A stretch of 64,000 bases of DNA from contig NC_059437.1 of assembly GCF_021028975.2 (NCBI RefSeq), forward strand, positions 32,612,001-32,676,000, given 5' to 3'. Of this stretch, positions 1 to 13,193 are shown piece after piece. The translations under genes were made by a program, and so were the position numbers. Positions within the stretch are counted from its first letter, which is position 1. Each line of letters opens with the position of its first letter. The stretch is from Sphaerodactylus townsendi. Taxonomy: Eukaryota. The notes beneath the pieces are model-generated. The model saw nothing but the letters and a program-made list of their open reading frames with translations. It was not told the DNA's origin and made no database searches.

Positions 1-689
1 CAGAATGGGCTACTGTAGTCACGAACCTCTTATATGGACCTGATGAGCTCCCAACTGCACCCCCTTTTCTAAACTGGGAATGGGTTAGACCCATCTCTTT
101 AAATAACTCCCGTGGTCTCTGGAGAAGGGTGGAGATGTGTTTGCATTGCTCAGCTTTGTGGGTTCTCGGATGTGTGCTAGGGTGAATTGTGTTGCAAGCC
201 TGCTCATGAAATTCTCAGAGACCGAGGGCCAGTTACTGTAACAGATCTCGGGATGGTTGTGTTGGTTTGATTCACTATGAAAGCCTGATGTACTTCTTCT
301 GAGAAGTAGGTGTGGGAAGCAACAGCAAAGGCCCCCAGCAAGAAGTTGGAAAGAGCCGCACCTTTCAGAATGAGTTTGCACTGAGTTTCAGAAATGAGCC
401 AGAGAGGAAGATCAAGGTTGGGAAATACCCAAATATGGGGGTGGGGTGGGGAAGAGAGGAGGAAAGCTGTGTGATTTCATGATATGTTGTGACTTCATGT
501 GGAGATTAATCTTTTGGGGGTTTGGGGGTTAAAATAATAGCGAGAGTAGATGTAAGATAGGCTGTATCTAGAAGTGCAGCAGCCATTTTGATAATTGCGT
601 TCCCTTTAAAGAGGTCTTGACACCCCCTTCCCTTCTAATCAAAGGCAGGGCCCTCCCCAAGTACACATTGGGGTAGCCTTGCCCCGCAG

Positions 690-3600
690 AAATGACTCGG
701 AGGAAATTATCACCTACATCTCCGAAAACACGACTGTGACTTCAGCTGATGAGGAGAAGCTGCTTCTTCTCAACAAGAATACTGAACTGCGTCGAATCAA
801 CAAGGAGGTGGGTGTCAGGAGGGAGGGCGACGGGCACTCCCAGGCCCAGGATCTGGGCAGATTTATAGGACCAGGGCTGAGAGTTCCCTTTAAGTTTTCT
901 GATCTGGCTCTGTTTGTGTTTTCTGTCTACATTTTTAAAAAGATGTTGTGAAAATGCTTTTATTATTGTTATTAAGTAGTTGATCCTGTAATACAGAAAG
1001 TCGGGTGTTTTACATTTATGAAAGATGCTCTTTTGGGATAATGTGCTCAGTAATAAGGAGCCATGAGGTGTCCCATTCCAGATTTCCTATGAAATCCATT
1101 TGAGAGCTACATATGCCAGTCCCTCTTGGGTGCTCTTCACCCTCCCATTGGAAAGTCTCCCTTCCAGCAGACCCCCCTCATATGCAATCCTTGCCTGCAA
1201 CTTCCTCCTCTTTCTATCTCCTGAAGCTGTTGAAGCTAAACCAGGACTGGGACTTCATCTATCACTCCACTAGCCTGGGGCTCCAGCACAAAGTGGGTGC
1301 CCTACAGGAGGAGGTGGCTGAGCTCAAGCTGCAAGCACAGAACCTCTCTGCAAAGCTAGAACATGAGCAGGTGAGTGCATGTGGTGGTTTGGCCCCTTCA
1401 CTACCCTCCCCCCAGTCTGTACAGTATAGGATGGGGTTCCACAATTTCATTTAAGTGTGTTGGGTACTATTTAGTACTTTGAGAATGGGGAGCAGGCACT
1501 ACCCACAAAATGGTTGACTGGGCCCAATCACAAGATTTTGAGAGGTTTCAAGCCAATCATCCTGTGATGGAGGCAGCGGCTCCGGAAAAGGTGCTCCCTG
1601 CAGACACAAAGCTGATGTCTCTGGACATCTTCAGAAGCACATCCTTCTCCAGTGAGGTAGAGAAAAGCCAACAAAAGAAGCAAATGAGCACCAGGAAAAC
1701 CATTAGTGGTCACCATGGTGCCCATGAGTTCTGTGACCTACTGTGATAAGGGTTGGGCAGGGAACAGTTAGATTGGTTTTGATGGGACAAAGGGTGGAGG
1801 AGGCATTGAGATAATCCAAGGACTAGAGCTGTGGGACAACCCTCACATAGCTAGAGTTGCTAACCTCCAGGTGAGGCCTGGAGATCTTCCAGAATTACAA
1901 CCACTCCCCAGGCAGCATAAATCACTTCTCCTGGAGAAAACAAGATTTTCTGGAGGGTGGAATCTTTCTTATCAAATCACAGCTAAGGTCACTCCACTCC
2001 TCAAACCCTACTTGCCAGGCTCCACCCCCAGAATCTCCAGGAACTTCCCAACCCAAAGTTGGCAACCCTATCATGCTCCAATGACAGAAGGAGCTCTATG
2101 TTCTTCCTAGGATGGAGTAAGTCAAAGGAAGTCAAGGTTGGAGTAAGTCAAAGGCAAGAATACCAGGGACTGAACCACGTATAAGTTCTCAGGCAGTTTT
2201 ATGCTTCTTCATTCTCTCTGCCACAGAACAAGAAGGAGTATTATGAACAAGCCCTCTTCCAGGAGCTGAAGAGGAATCAGGCATTACAGGAATACGTAAG
2301 GCACCTGGAACGCCGACAGCTTTCCAGCATGGACAGACAGCCAGATGCTGTGAGTTCCAAGGGGGACTGGCTCTTGCAACTACAGAGTTTACTACTCAGC
2401 AGAAGCTCCCCAAGGAAAAGGCAGGCCTGATGGGAAGAGGATTGAGAAGTTGGTCTGGCTAGCTCTCAGGATAGGAGGGCTGCCTCACACCATCAAAATC
2501 CTGCTCCTCCCAGTTCAGCAGCACTGACTCTGCTGAATGGTCCTGGCTCTAAGGCAGAGGTGTCCAACTCTGGCGCTTCAGATGTTCATGGACTACAATT
2601 CCCATCAGCCCCTGCTGGCTCTCTCCTAAGGAGACTCAAGGCTTACAAACTCCTTTCCCTTCTTCTCCTCACAACACCCATCCAACAAAATAACAGCAAC
2701 CTTTAACTAATTGCTGCCTCAGGTCAAGAGGGCTTTGGAATAGGGATGTCCTCCTTTTAATTTATTTGTATGCAGTTTTGCCCATTTTCATTGCAGATGT
2801 TCCCAATTTATCTATTTCTTTTATGCTGTATGTACATTAAATGTGAACTTATCTCCCTTATTTCACCATTTAAGATGCAGACAGTTCAAAACACAGGCAT
2901 CAATTTTGTCTATATTACTAACAAACGTCATTACTGCATTGTGTCTACAGAAGTGTCTGTATCAAGATTAGGCTAACTCCAAAACTTCCTATTCTCCTTA
3001 GGAATCCCGGGCATTTGTTCCCCTCCCCTTTGAAGACTTCTCAGCTCCCCAACACACACTTCCTGGAAAGAACGCAAAAGAGAACATCCCAAATCAGTGC
3101 CACCTACCATCCCCAGCTACCTGTGACTCCAAACCCAAAGAGCATCAGTGCTTAGTTCTACAGAGTGTGGATGCAGCTGCAGAGAAAGAGGTCTCTGACC
3201 TCAAAGAACATTTGGAGGCCTTAAAATGCCAGGTAATTGAGAAAAGCACTTTGGCCACTGCTGCAGGAGACAGGACCTTCCTACCTAGCTAGCTCCACCT
3301 TGATGCATTTGCCAATGGAGAGCAACATGGTGTGTTGTAAGGCAAGATGGGGAGCTGGCTGGTAGAATGAAGCAAGAGACAGTCAAATGAGCCAGGGCTT
3401 CCAGTAAAAGTTATGGCTATCTGGGTTGGGTAAATGGGAGGGCTTTGCAGGTACTACTGCTGTGTTTCCAATTGTTCCAAATGCATTTACAGAAGTTCTA
3501 TTTAGCCTTTGTACCCAATCAGGGGTACATCAAGGCAGCTAACATCCATATGACACACAAACAATGATGCAGAATCCAAAAACCACAAAATAACTTTTAC

Positions 3601-5353
3601 TGGGGACAACTAAAATGGCACCAAACCATGAGCAAGCTTTTGAGCCCCTCAGAAATTTTCATCAGGCTGGATGCTTTAAATGGGGGTGTGTATGTGGAGA
3701 TATTTCAGGCCACGAGTTGTAAAGTCTTAGCTTGCCAGCACCCTCATTTGAAATGGAGATGTGAAACAGTGCTGGCTATCCACAACCTCTTTCTGCTTCA
3801 GGCACGATGTTGGTAAAGCTTTTTCTATGCCTGCAAAGCTGGCTCCCTTTAATTTCTGTCAATCATTCAGCTGTTTACAGGCCAGGAGCCTTGCTAGCAA
3901 GAATGCCTGATAGCTCCAGCTGTCAGAAGCAGCGGCAGAGCAATCTGGCCATGGACATTCACCTTGAAGGCTGTATCACGTGGTCAGAAGTCTTATAAAT
4001 GATGGCCCAGCCTGCCTCTGCTTTGTGCTTTTTGCAGACGGAGATTTTTGAGGCAGATTACAGGACTGAGCAAAAGGATCAGCAGCGAATCAAGGCAGAG
4101 AACACAAAGCTCCGGCAGAAGGAGGAGGAGATGAGGCAGCAGATGGCCTTGCTGCAAGAGCAGGTGAGCACAGACACACCTTGAAGGAGGCAAGTGGGCA
4201 TCTCTGGGTGGCCAGAAACCCTCCTTATGGCAGATGGACTGTACTTCCCATGGCACTGGGCTTTCTCCAGAGATTCAAACATCACAAAGGCATATTGGCT
4301 CCAGCAAGGAGAGAAAGAAGGCTAAGGAAGAGTTGACTTAAGATGTCTCCAAGGACAGTGAAGAAGAATCCATAATGAGATCCTGTTCCCTGTCCTCAGC
4401 CCATCCCACATGCGCTCCTATGCTGTTAGGCTTGCCTCTGTATATCTGTGACCAACTCCTGGTCTGACTGGGGCTGCTGTGCAGGATTGCAGGGGAAGTA
4501 GGGTCACTGAATCGCTCTCGTGTCACCCCCGCGCCCAAAGCATGTCACACGTTATGGTTTTTAATGTGCGGCTACCAGTATTTCCCACCTGACTAACTCA
4601 GGCAATCAAACGAAGGATGCGAGCAAACTTGGCTTCAGATTTGTGGGGCCTCAATTTGAATTGGGACCACAGCTCAGGGGAAGAAGTGGCTTCACCCTTC
4701 CTCAGGGGAAAATGGCACAGAGGGAATGGTGGCACCATCTCCCCATCCCAGGGTTTTGAAGTTTATCAGGATCCTGCACACTTGTGAAGCAAATTCCCTT
4801 GTACTCACATGTGAGTGCCTGAGTCAAAGTCAGAGTAGAAAAACCAAGACACTGCACGTTAAAAAGGTGTAGTTTGGTCCCAAGCAAGCATGGAAAACTG
4901 GAAAATTCTATGCAAGGAAAAAGGGCAGTTGTAGGCTTAGCAAATATACTTTGTTCACCTGCCTCTCACTGCTTCCAGCCCCTCCTCTGCCTGCAGGGCA
5001 CAAGGCCCTGTGGGGCAGGGGCTGTACAGCTAATGGTAGAACATGGTGGCAGCAGCTGGCTTTCCCCCCTTCTTTATACTACCTTCTGTGTTTTTACTTT
5101 CAATTTTCTTAGCCATACTCCTGCTAGCCCCTGAGAGCCACCTGGTCTCCCTTTTCTGTCTCCCTTTGTGTAGCTGAAGATCTTTGAAGATGACTTCCGG
5201 AAGGAACGCTTGGACAAGCAAGTTCTTCAGCGCCTCCTGAAGGGAAAGCCAGATGCCAAGAAGCCTGTCCTGCCCCATCACTGCAGGAGCCAGGAGAAGC
5301 CCTTGAATAGTTCCTGTAGCTGCAGCTGCCACAAGAACCACCATCGCCAGTGA
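690..5353 (+). CDS. TNFAIP3-interacting protein (TNIP/ABIN family, TNIP3-like) coiled-coil protein with two UBAN-like motifs; 5' end uncertain
   Basis: AG/GT-bounded exons joined in phase 0: 690-807 (acceptor could instead be 612 or 649), 1227-1370, 2227-2349, 3002-3232, 4038-4163, 5174-5353 (TGA 5351-5353). The spliced protein has KELLKLNQDWD (cf. ABIN ELLEVNKQWD), LKCQTEIFEADYRTEQ and LQEQLKIFEDDFRKER (UBAN DFxxER), then a Cys/His-rich tail. No in-frame ATG found, so the start lies upstream. Confidence 0.8.
1852..2070. mobile_element. Interspersed repeat with AGGGTTGCCAAC-type inverted ends (probable MITE)
   Basis: TAGAGTTGCTAAC ... GTTGGCAACCCTA; related copies ~25975-26190 and ~26820-27020. 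Confidence 0.6.
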
Positions 5354-7599
5354 CAACAACAGGAGCATGCAGATGCATCCCCACGGCCCAGAGGCAACGC
5401 CCTCGGCCTCCTCCTTCTGTATGAGCTTAAAAACTGGAGCAGAGCTTGGCCTCAGATTTGTGGGCGAAGAGCATGTCTTCTGCCTGTGGTCCCTGTGCTC
5501 ATGGCAGGCCCCCAAAAAAGCTTGGGCAGCATCCAGCAGTGTCTCCAAAAGACTAAGCCAGACATAAGACAGGTCAGAACAGAATTGAATACCTGGTGTC
5601 AAAATTCATGCGATGCTGGAGATTCATGATCAGATCTCCCAGTCGGTGATTTGGTCTCAGGTAACAACCATTGGGGGGGGGGGGGAGAGATGGAGCAAGA
5701 CTAGTCTAGCACTAGTGACGTAGTTAGCTCTTTGCTCCAAAAAACTGTCCTTTCCAGTCTCCTTTAAGCCCTCATGGGGAGGGGGAGGGAACGCCAGATA
5801 TCTGACTGTTTCCAAATTTGAGTTTGAAATCAGCTCCAAGGAGGTACAACAGCTCCAAAGAAAAAAAGCGGCAAAGAATTTTTAAAAGTTCCTCCCCAAA
5901 CGCTGCTCACTCCTTACTGGAGCTGCTTTTTATAAAAAAAAAACAGGATCTGATCATCCATCCCAAATGTTGCAATTAAGATTGCTGGGCAGAGGCAAGC
6001 CTCCAGTGAATGACAGGCAGTCCCATAATGCAGGGTGTGGCTGCATTCAGTTCTAGTTATCCCAGTCGGAGGTTATCATAGAGCTGGAAAAGGAGTAGGA
6101 AAAGAATCCAGGGACTGACTCCTTCCTCTGCAGAAAAGATGAAACATGGGGGATGGGGGAGAGGGAAGTTGTGAGTTCCCACGAAAAAGTTCTTCACACA
6201 ACAAAATTAACTTATAGAGTTCAGTGCTACAAGATGTGGTTTGTCAACCCATGGCTGACTCACAGCAACTCCATAGGATTTTCAAGCCAAGAGAAATTCA
6301 GAGGTGGTTTGCCATGACTTTCTTTTGCATAGCAGCCCTGGACTTTCTTGGTGGTTTCCCATCCACCAGGGCTGACCCAGCTTAGCTTCCAAGATCTGAT
6401 AAGATTGGACTAGCCTGGGGAAAGGGATTGGACAAAGCCGTGCAGGATTACAGCTATTAGCTTTGATAGCAAAATGGAACCTCCATGTTCAGAAGCAGCA
6501 TGCTGGAGGCACTAGGCGAGGATGGATGCCATCATGCTCTGTATATATGGGCTTCTTGCACAACCAGTACCTTGGCCATAGTGAGAAAGATGCTGGACTA
6601 GAATCTTGGTCAAGTCTAACATTAAAGCTCTCCTTGGGTTGTTGTGATGCCTGTTAGTGGCCCAATACAGCTGCCATCCATCCCTTCTGTGAGTTCAAAC
6701 CGCTGATTATAGATACACATGTTCTTAGAACCCTCAGCCCCTTCCCCAACACTCTTGTTGTTACACTCAAGCACCTCCGTTCGTTCTGCAATTCAGCCTT
6801 AGCTAGCAGCAGAATCACCAGTTACTTCTGTGTATCTGACTACCTAAACACAAGACCACTGTCACACCCCAGTTCTCATCTTCCAAACTCTTCTCTGCAG
6901 ATGTAAATACAGCATAGGAATTGTATAGCGTTTAAAACATAGCTTATTGTGGTATGGAACGGTAACTATAAAGTCTTATCCTTTGCTTAGCAGCTGGGGT
7001 CAAGTCAATGGACAAATTTTCGCCTTCCACTGACGTGTTTGGGGCTGATGTATAGGGCATCTTTTTCCTTGGTGTCTGCACTAGAAGCAGCTCTACCCCA
7101 TACATCTCTGGAAACTACTGGTGTCAACTTGTACATAATAACAATTCTGACCTCACTCCTCGCCTCCCAAGGGAGAGAAGCAATCAGGGTAGGAACATTT
7201 CAAAAAGCACTTCTGTCCAAAGCCTGTTTGCTGACCTATTAAGGACTGTAACAGTGAACTGGACAACAGCTGCAGGGCACTAAATGAAGAGTACAATTGA
7301 AACAAGCAAATGGGAGCCATCACCAAGAATGCCTTTCTTCCTATTACATCTGGACAGAAAATTTTCTAGGCAAGAATTGCAGTCATGCCCACTACATGAG
7401 GCTGCATTTGAAAACCTCAGGAGCAGCAAGCAGAACAATACAGCAGCCACTGACCAACACAGACAAGTCCTTGTAAACATATCACACAATTGCTGAAATA
7501 GCAGCACTGGTTACAAGTTAAGATTTCAGATTCAGTGCAAAATTGTTGTAATCTTTAAAGCCCTTTGCAAACATTGTAACTTAGAGCCCACCTCTCTGA

Positions 7600-7861
7600 A
7601 AAGAGTCGGTTTTTTACCCTGAAAGCAGCTTACAATCATGTTCTCTTCCCCCCCCCCCCCCCACCACAGGAACCTTGTGAGACATGTGGAGCTGAGAGTT
7701 CTGAGAGAACTGTGACTAGCCCAAGGACACCCAGCAGGCTGCATGGGGAGGAGTAGGAAAAAACCAGATTAGAGTCCACCACTCATGCAGAGGAGTGGGG
7801 AAATGAAACCTGGTTCTCCAGATTAAAATTTGCTACTCTTAACCACTATACCATGCTAGCT
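7600..7861 (-). mobile_element. Squam3-like SINE
   Basis: Same family, more diverged. Confidence 0.7.
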
Positions 7862-8371
7862 GATATCTCCTGGCCTGAATTTCTACACATAGTTAATGCT
7901 ACTCATCAAGTACTCTTGATTATACTCCTCCGCTGCTAGAGTTCCTTTGGTCTCTGTTTAATCTCCTCTGTTACACCAGTTCTCTGAACAGCTTTGTACA
8001 AGGATATAAGATCTCACATCGCTGTTATGGACATGTGCAAAAGTTTTCTTTAGTTTTTTTTCTTTTGGCAGGGGAAGCTCTACAGGTGTGAGAATTTAAA
8101 ATTTGGTAGCAGGCAATCATTACTGAGTATTCTGTTGCTCATTTCAACATCAGTTTGTAGAATTTTCTGTATATTTTGCTGATCCTTTTCAGAAAAGCAG
8201 AGTAGAAATAAAACAAATACAGTAGCAGTGACGACTCAAGGCAATACTAAGATGAACAGCCTGTAACACACCTTGGGAACACAGAGTAATACAAGTATAA
8301 AGCTAAAGTATTCACACACACCCCTGTACATATTTCCAGTGCTATGGAAACTGAAGTTCCTGGTAACAAAA

Positions 8372-8377
8372 TTTATT
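8372..8377 (-). terminator. Polyadenylation signal AATAAA of the Rag gene
   Basis: TTTATT on + strand ~370 nt past the stop codon. Confidence 0.65.
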
Positions 8378-8743
8378 GTCATGATTGAAGACAAGAAGTT
8401 TATAAATGTACTCTAGCAACTTGTTGATAAAATAGCAAATATTTCCTCTTTGTAGTTTATCATTGTTTGGAACTAAGCAGACATTTGGGAAAGGCTTTGC
8501 TGCCTATAAGACCAGGATTGAATCCTAGCCCCGGTAGGAGACCTTCCTCAAAGCAGTTCTGGAAGGTCCGCAGCATATCCCAACATTGTCCTGTGGACCA
8601 GCAGCCGACGTTAAGAGAAAAGAACAAGATTGCGGTGGAAAGCAGCACACTCATTTCAAAGCCCACAAAACAGACACCCACAATGTTAGAGTCTCCTGGG
8701 AACAGAGAAGTCCTTCCGCTGGTGCTCTCTCCCCCTTGACTAC

Positions 8744-11700
8744 TCAGCGCATCAATAGGCTGTGCTTTGGCCCATCCACCCGCTCCAGCTTCTCAAAGTG
8801 CTTCCTGGCATTGCGAATGTTGATCAGTGTGGCTGCAGAAGCTGAGAAAGAGAAGAGACAGGATATGAGTGACAGCATCAGATTCAGAAGGTGCAAAAGG
8901 GGACTCTCTGCACTGGTGCAGAGAAGGACAACTGAACTAGGGAGACTGGAATAGCAAGCGAGGCGTAACAGCACCTCTGCCTCAAAGAAACTAAGGCAAT
9001 CTGGCAATGCTGCTTGCTCAGTCGGTACTCAGCACCAAGCCCCCTCCCCACACCATTCAGCTAGCATGACTTGTAGCTACCACCACTGCTACAGTGTAGA
9101 ATCTCTGCTCTTTGAAACATACGTATGGAAGGATCTGACATGACAACCATCACGTAAGTGTTTGATGTAAAGATATCGATGAAGGCTGCAAAGTTGGAGT
9201 TCCTGACCTCCATGCTCTGGAAAGAGGCAGCCAGTTTGCTGGTGGGAAAGGAGACAGAAATAACATTTATTAGCATAATGGCGCCGTTTGGTGCTCCAAA
9301 ACAAAACTCTTTTCAAAACAACCTCCATCAAAATAAAACACTCTCTCACCTGCAGCTCAACTTGAATTGTTTAATAATGTTGCTGATTTTCTCAAATCTG
9401 TGGATGTCACGCTGTTCTTTACACTGATAGTGGGAAATGACCTATTGGAAGAGACATTTGCTATAAGTAGGAACAGAATCAGCAGCACCACAGCTCAAGC
9501 CAGAGATTCTATGAGAACTCCAAGAACTCAGCTAATGGAAGGAGACCAATAAAACTATTGTTTTCAGGTCTTTTTGGGTGCTGCATCCATGAGCAAAAGA
9601 AAAAACAGTGGTTCAATCCTGGGAGAACAGAAGTTATATCCTGCCATGAGCCCTTCTTGGACAAAACCTTATCCGTAAAATATAAATAATGGAGCAACTA
9701 TATCTGGGTTCTTAGGAGGATGAACCATCAGTTTTTGTGTGAAAAGCTAATTGCTTTTTCCTCAGCAATAGTCCTATTACTTCTACTCCTCATTGAGACT
9801 GGAAAAAGGAAAGTATTGAGCAAGTTCCTAAACCCAGGTCAGTGATGTAAAGGCTTCCAAAAACCATGCGTAACAAAGCTGACAGAACCTAAGGTATTCC
9901 GCTCTCTCTCACCAGGAACGTGGCTCTTTCAAACAGAAGAACTTCATCAGCTTCTATGATCTGAGCAAAGTTCCTGAGATTCGTCTCCAGTTGTTGGACA
10001 TTGGGAATCAGCTGGTAGACTATACTGGACCAAGCCTGCTCAGAGAGAAGACATAACAGAACTCCATAGCCAGTTTTTCAACGTTACTTTAGCGCTGTGG
10101 GGTGAACCTACAGAAAAATGTGCTGCTGTACAAGAGAGAACCTTAGGAACATCCAGTCGGAAGGTTCACTCTGCCTCTTCTTTACAATACATCTGGGTAA
10201 ATAAGAGGGAAAAGCCCAGATGAACACAGGGGGCAGACACAGTAGTACAAACCTTGTAAAGAGTTTCATCCCAGATGGATGTTCTAAAGCAGGCACACTC
10301 CAAAGGACGGGATAGACGTTTCAAGTCTTCTTCTCTCTCTTTGAAAATCTAAAGAACGAAAATCAGACAGTCTCTGATGAGGACATAGTTTTTTTGCTGT
10401 TTTAAGTGTGATTCGCCTTCTATGATAGAAAGGCTTGTGAACCCCAAAGAGTCCAAATTCTCTACCAATGACACTCCATTTAGGAAGTTAAATGTCCATA
10501 ATTCCATTGTTATACAACTGTTTCTAAGCCTTGAGTTTGGAAAGCCCATAGGATTTTGGCTACGGTCTGAAATAGCAATTGGCAAGAAAGAAGTACACAT
10601 CTAATACTGGATTTTACACAGGTACCGAATAAAGCTACGGCCTTTTCCTTTGCCAAGTTTGGTCACTGCTGACCAAGAACATCTTTAATACTATGTCTTG
10701 TTCCTAGGAGCTCTTGAATGATTTTTAATAGCTGCTGTTCCAATAGCTATCTTTTGAAAGGAGAGAGAAAGTTTCCCAAAGTTAAGAATCAAGCCAGAAG
10801 TTAAAGAGGGGGAAAAGAGGAATTCACTTTGGGGGGAAATGCATCCTCAGCATCACTTTGGGCGTCTCAAGCCTCACCAGATCACGCTGGTCCTCCTGAA
10901 CTAAGTCCATCTTATGCACAAGACAAAAGATTTTGGCATCTGATGAGTTCTGCAGAATGGCTTCCAAACATGACTGGTAATAGTGCATGTCCTTCTCAAG
11001 CTCCCGGCTCTCCACATCAAAGACGTAGATCAGAACCTCCACGTTACGAAAGATGTTATCACGCTGGCTAGTGAAATAATTCTCCATGAAGGTGTCCTGT
11101 CTGGAGGGGGGAAGAAAGTAATTGAGTCCAGTGCAACCACTATGAAAACCTTTGTTTCTCCGGTATTAAATGTGCTTGTCTTGCCATATCCCTCACATTT
11201 CTAAAAAAAAGAGCCTGGTTTCCTTCTCCAATTCATCCTGCTCCTGATATCAATACAATAATATTCAAGGCTATCCATTCAAAAGTATTTCAATATGCAT
11301 GTTTTCTGACCTTATTAAAAGTTTCCCATAACAGCCCTCTAAAGAAAATAAACTCTGCTGCCATCACACTCTGGCCAGCCTTCCAAATATTTTGAAGCAT
11401 GCAAATGAGAAATACCTACCCTCCACAGTCCCATAAGTTTAACACCAAGTTGCCCAGAAACCGAACATGAGAATGCTCCACATCAACTGAAAAACAAGGC
11501 AGGAGAAATGTGATCATTGTACTGCAGGTGAGGAACAAAGATCAGCAGCACCATCGACTTAGTCACAGAACAGCAAGTTAGTGCTCACACACAAACAAGC
11601 CTGATACAGCCTTGACTGGCCTACACTTGATATTATCCGGCACCCATACAAAAGACTCCCCAGAAACAAGTGCTATCACTATTATGATTTGATTTGACTT

Positions 11701-13193
11701 TTAGTTTATATACTGCCCTCCCCTGAAGGGCTCCCTCCCTATCAAAGCAGACAGCTTTTTTTTTGGCCTGTCCACCCACTTCAGATTCCTGCCATATCGC
11801 AGCTATTGTTACGGAAAGAGTGTGATGCTGTCAGATTCCAAACTCCCAACAGAGGAACCCCAACAAACCATGAAGCTCCACGACAGTGCCCTGGTGCCAT
11901 TTGCTGTGGCTCAGAATAATCTCTCACGAATGCATAAAGCTGCCTCATATAGGATCAGACTAAAGTGGGTGTGGTCTACTCTGACTACCCACAGCTCAGA
12001 TCTTTCACATTACTTGCTACTTGATTCAGGGATGCCAGAAATTATATGTAATACCTGCTGCAAGTAAAGCACTGAGCCACATTCGCACCAAACCTCCTTT
12101 CAGAAAGGAGGCCAGTACACTAACCAGAGCAGAACCAAAGGTTCTCATGCTACTAAAGAGCAGACAGAACTTAAACAACCTTCAGTGCATGGAGAAATAT
12201 TCAGGTTGATCCCCTAGAACATCTCTCTGTAAGCCCCACTGTAGAAACCTGGGGCAACTGTGTTCCACAAAAGGACATCCCTGACTAATCTAGTAGGCCA
12301 TACTGGCATAACAGCAATATCCTATGCTAGGGAATGGCTAGATTTAACACAAATAAAAGAGAATTAAGCAACAGAGTTCAGTGGAACCAGTTTTCAGACA
12401 TTCTTCACTCCTTTTGCTGAGGGGGAGGTCAAACATCCCGAGGCCCCCTATCCAGACTGCACTGGCTCTGGGCTCCCTATCCCTATCCCTTGGCAACAAA
12501 CACTCTTAAGTGCTACCTACTTAGGGAACTCTGCAAAACAAACTAATTTGCCTCTGTTTGTAGAAAACAGAAGAGAACTGAATTTTTAAAATGGCACAGA
12601 AAAGCCTCAAAGGCTCAATAAAGAAAACTTCTTACTGGTAGCTCCGAGGCGTCGGGTATCCCGTGCAATGTAGTTTGCAAAAATAATGGATCGCATGCTG
12701 GTCTTGCCAGACCCACTTTTTCCCATCAACAGCACCTGATAACAAACGTAATTATTTCTAATAGCTCTTTGATGAAGATAAAGTCATTGATAATGCCCCC
12801 ATCAGCTGTTGTTTGCTTGGTTGGGAAAGGACTCCAAAATGTTTGCCCTAGTTATATACTGCATCAATTTCCTGCTTACACAAACATACAACAGTAGATT
12901 TACCCTAGAACTGTGGTTCCCAATCTTTTTTCACTTGCATATCCCTTGGCAACTCATTTCCCTAAAACTGTACCCTCATATTAGCAAACCTATTATGTAA
13001 TTTTTTGCATAACCACTCTGGCATAGCCAACCACTCTGGTGCATACTCTTTGGGGTACACATACCCCAGGTTGTGAACTATTGCCCTAGAAGACACAAAG
13101 CTCAGCATTTTGTAGGCAAACATCCTTCTGCTTCAGCCAAAATCAAGCTTCAGACCCAAGTCTTACCTTCTTCTTCATGGCTGTGTTCGGCAT
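8744..13193 (-). CDS. RRAGB: Ras-related GTP-binding protein A/B (RagA/RagB), 313 aa, intron-containing locus
   Basis: Coding exons 13193-13167 (MPNTAMKKK), 12735-12636, 11486-11420, 11100-10878, 10348-10253, 10035-9913, 9441-9350, 9238-9123, 8841-8744. All GT-AG, total 942 nt = 313 aa + stop. P-loop [18 protein letters not shown] and C-terminal [11 protein letters not shown] are present. The protein is nearly identical to recalled mammalian RagA; the introns and linkage to CLCN5 point to the RRAGB locus. Confidence 0.97.
12911..13083. mobile_element. hAT-Charlie-type MITE in a Rag intron
   Basis: Degenerate TIRs, perfect 8-bp TSD CCCTAGAA; related copy at 49372-49535. Confidence 0.75.

Noticed and set aside
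5030-5602. 190-aa minus-strand ORF
   Set aside because: Antisense shadow of the last TNIP-like exon
11487-12635. Mammalian RagB-long alternative exon
   Set aside because: No matching coding segment recognised in this intron
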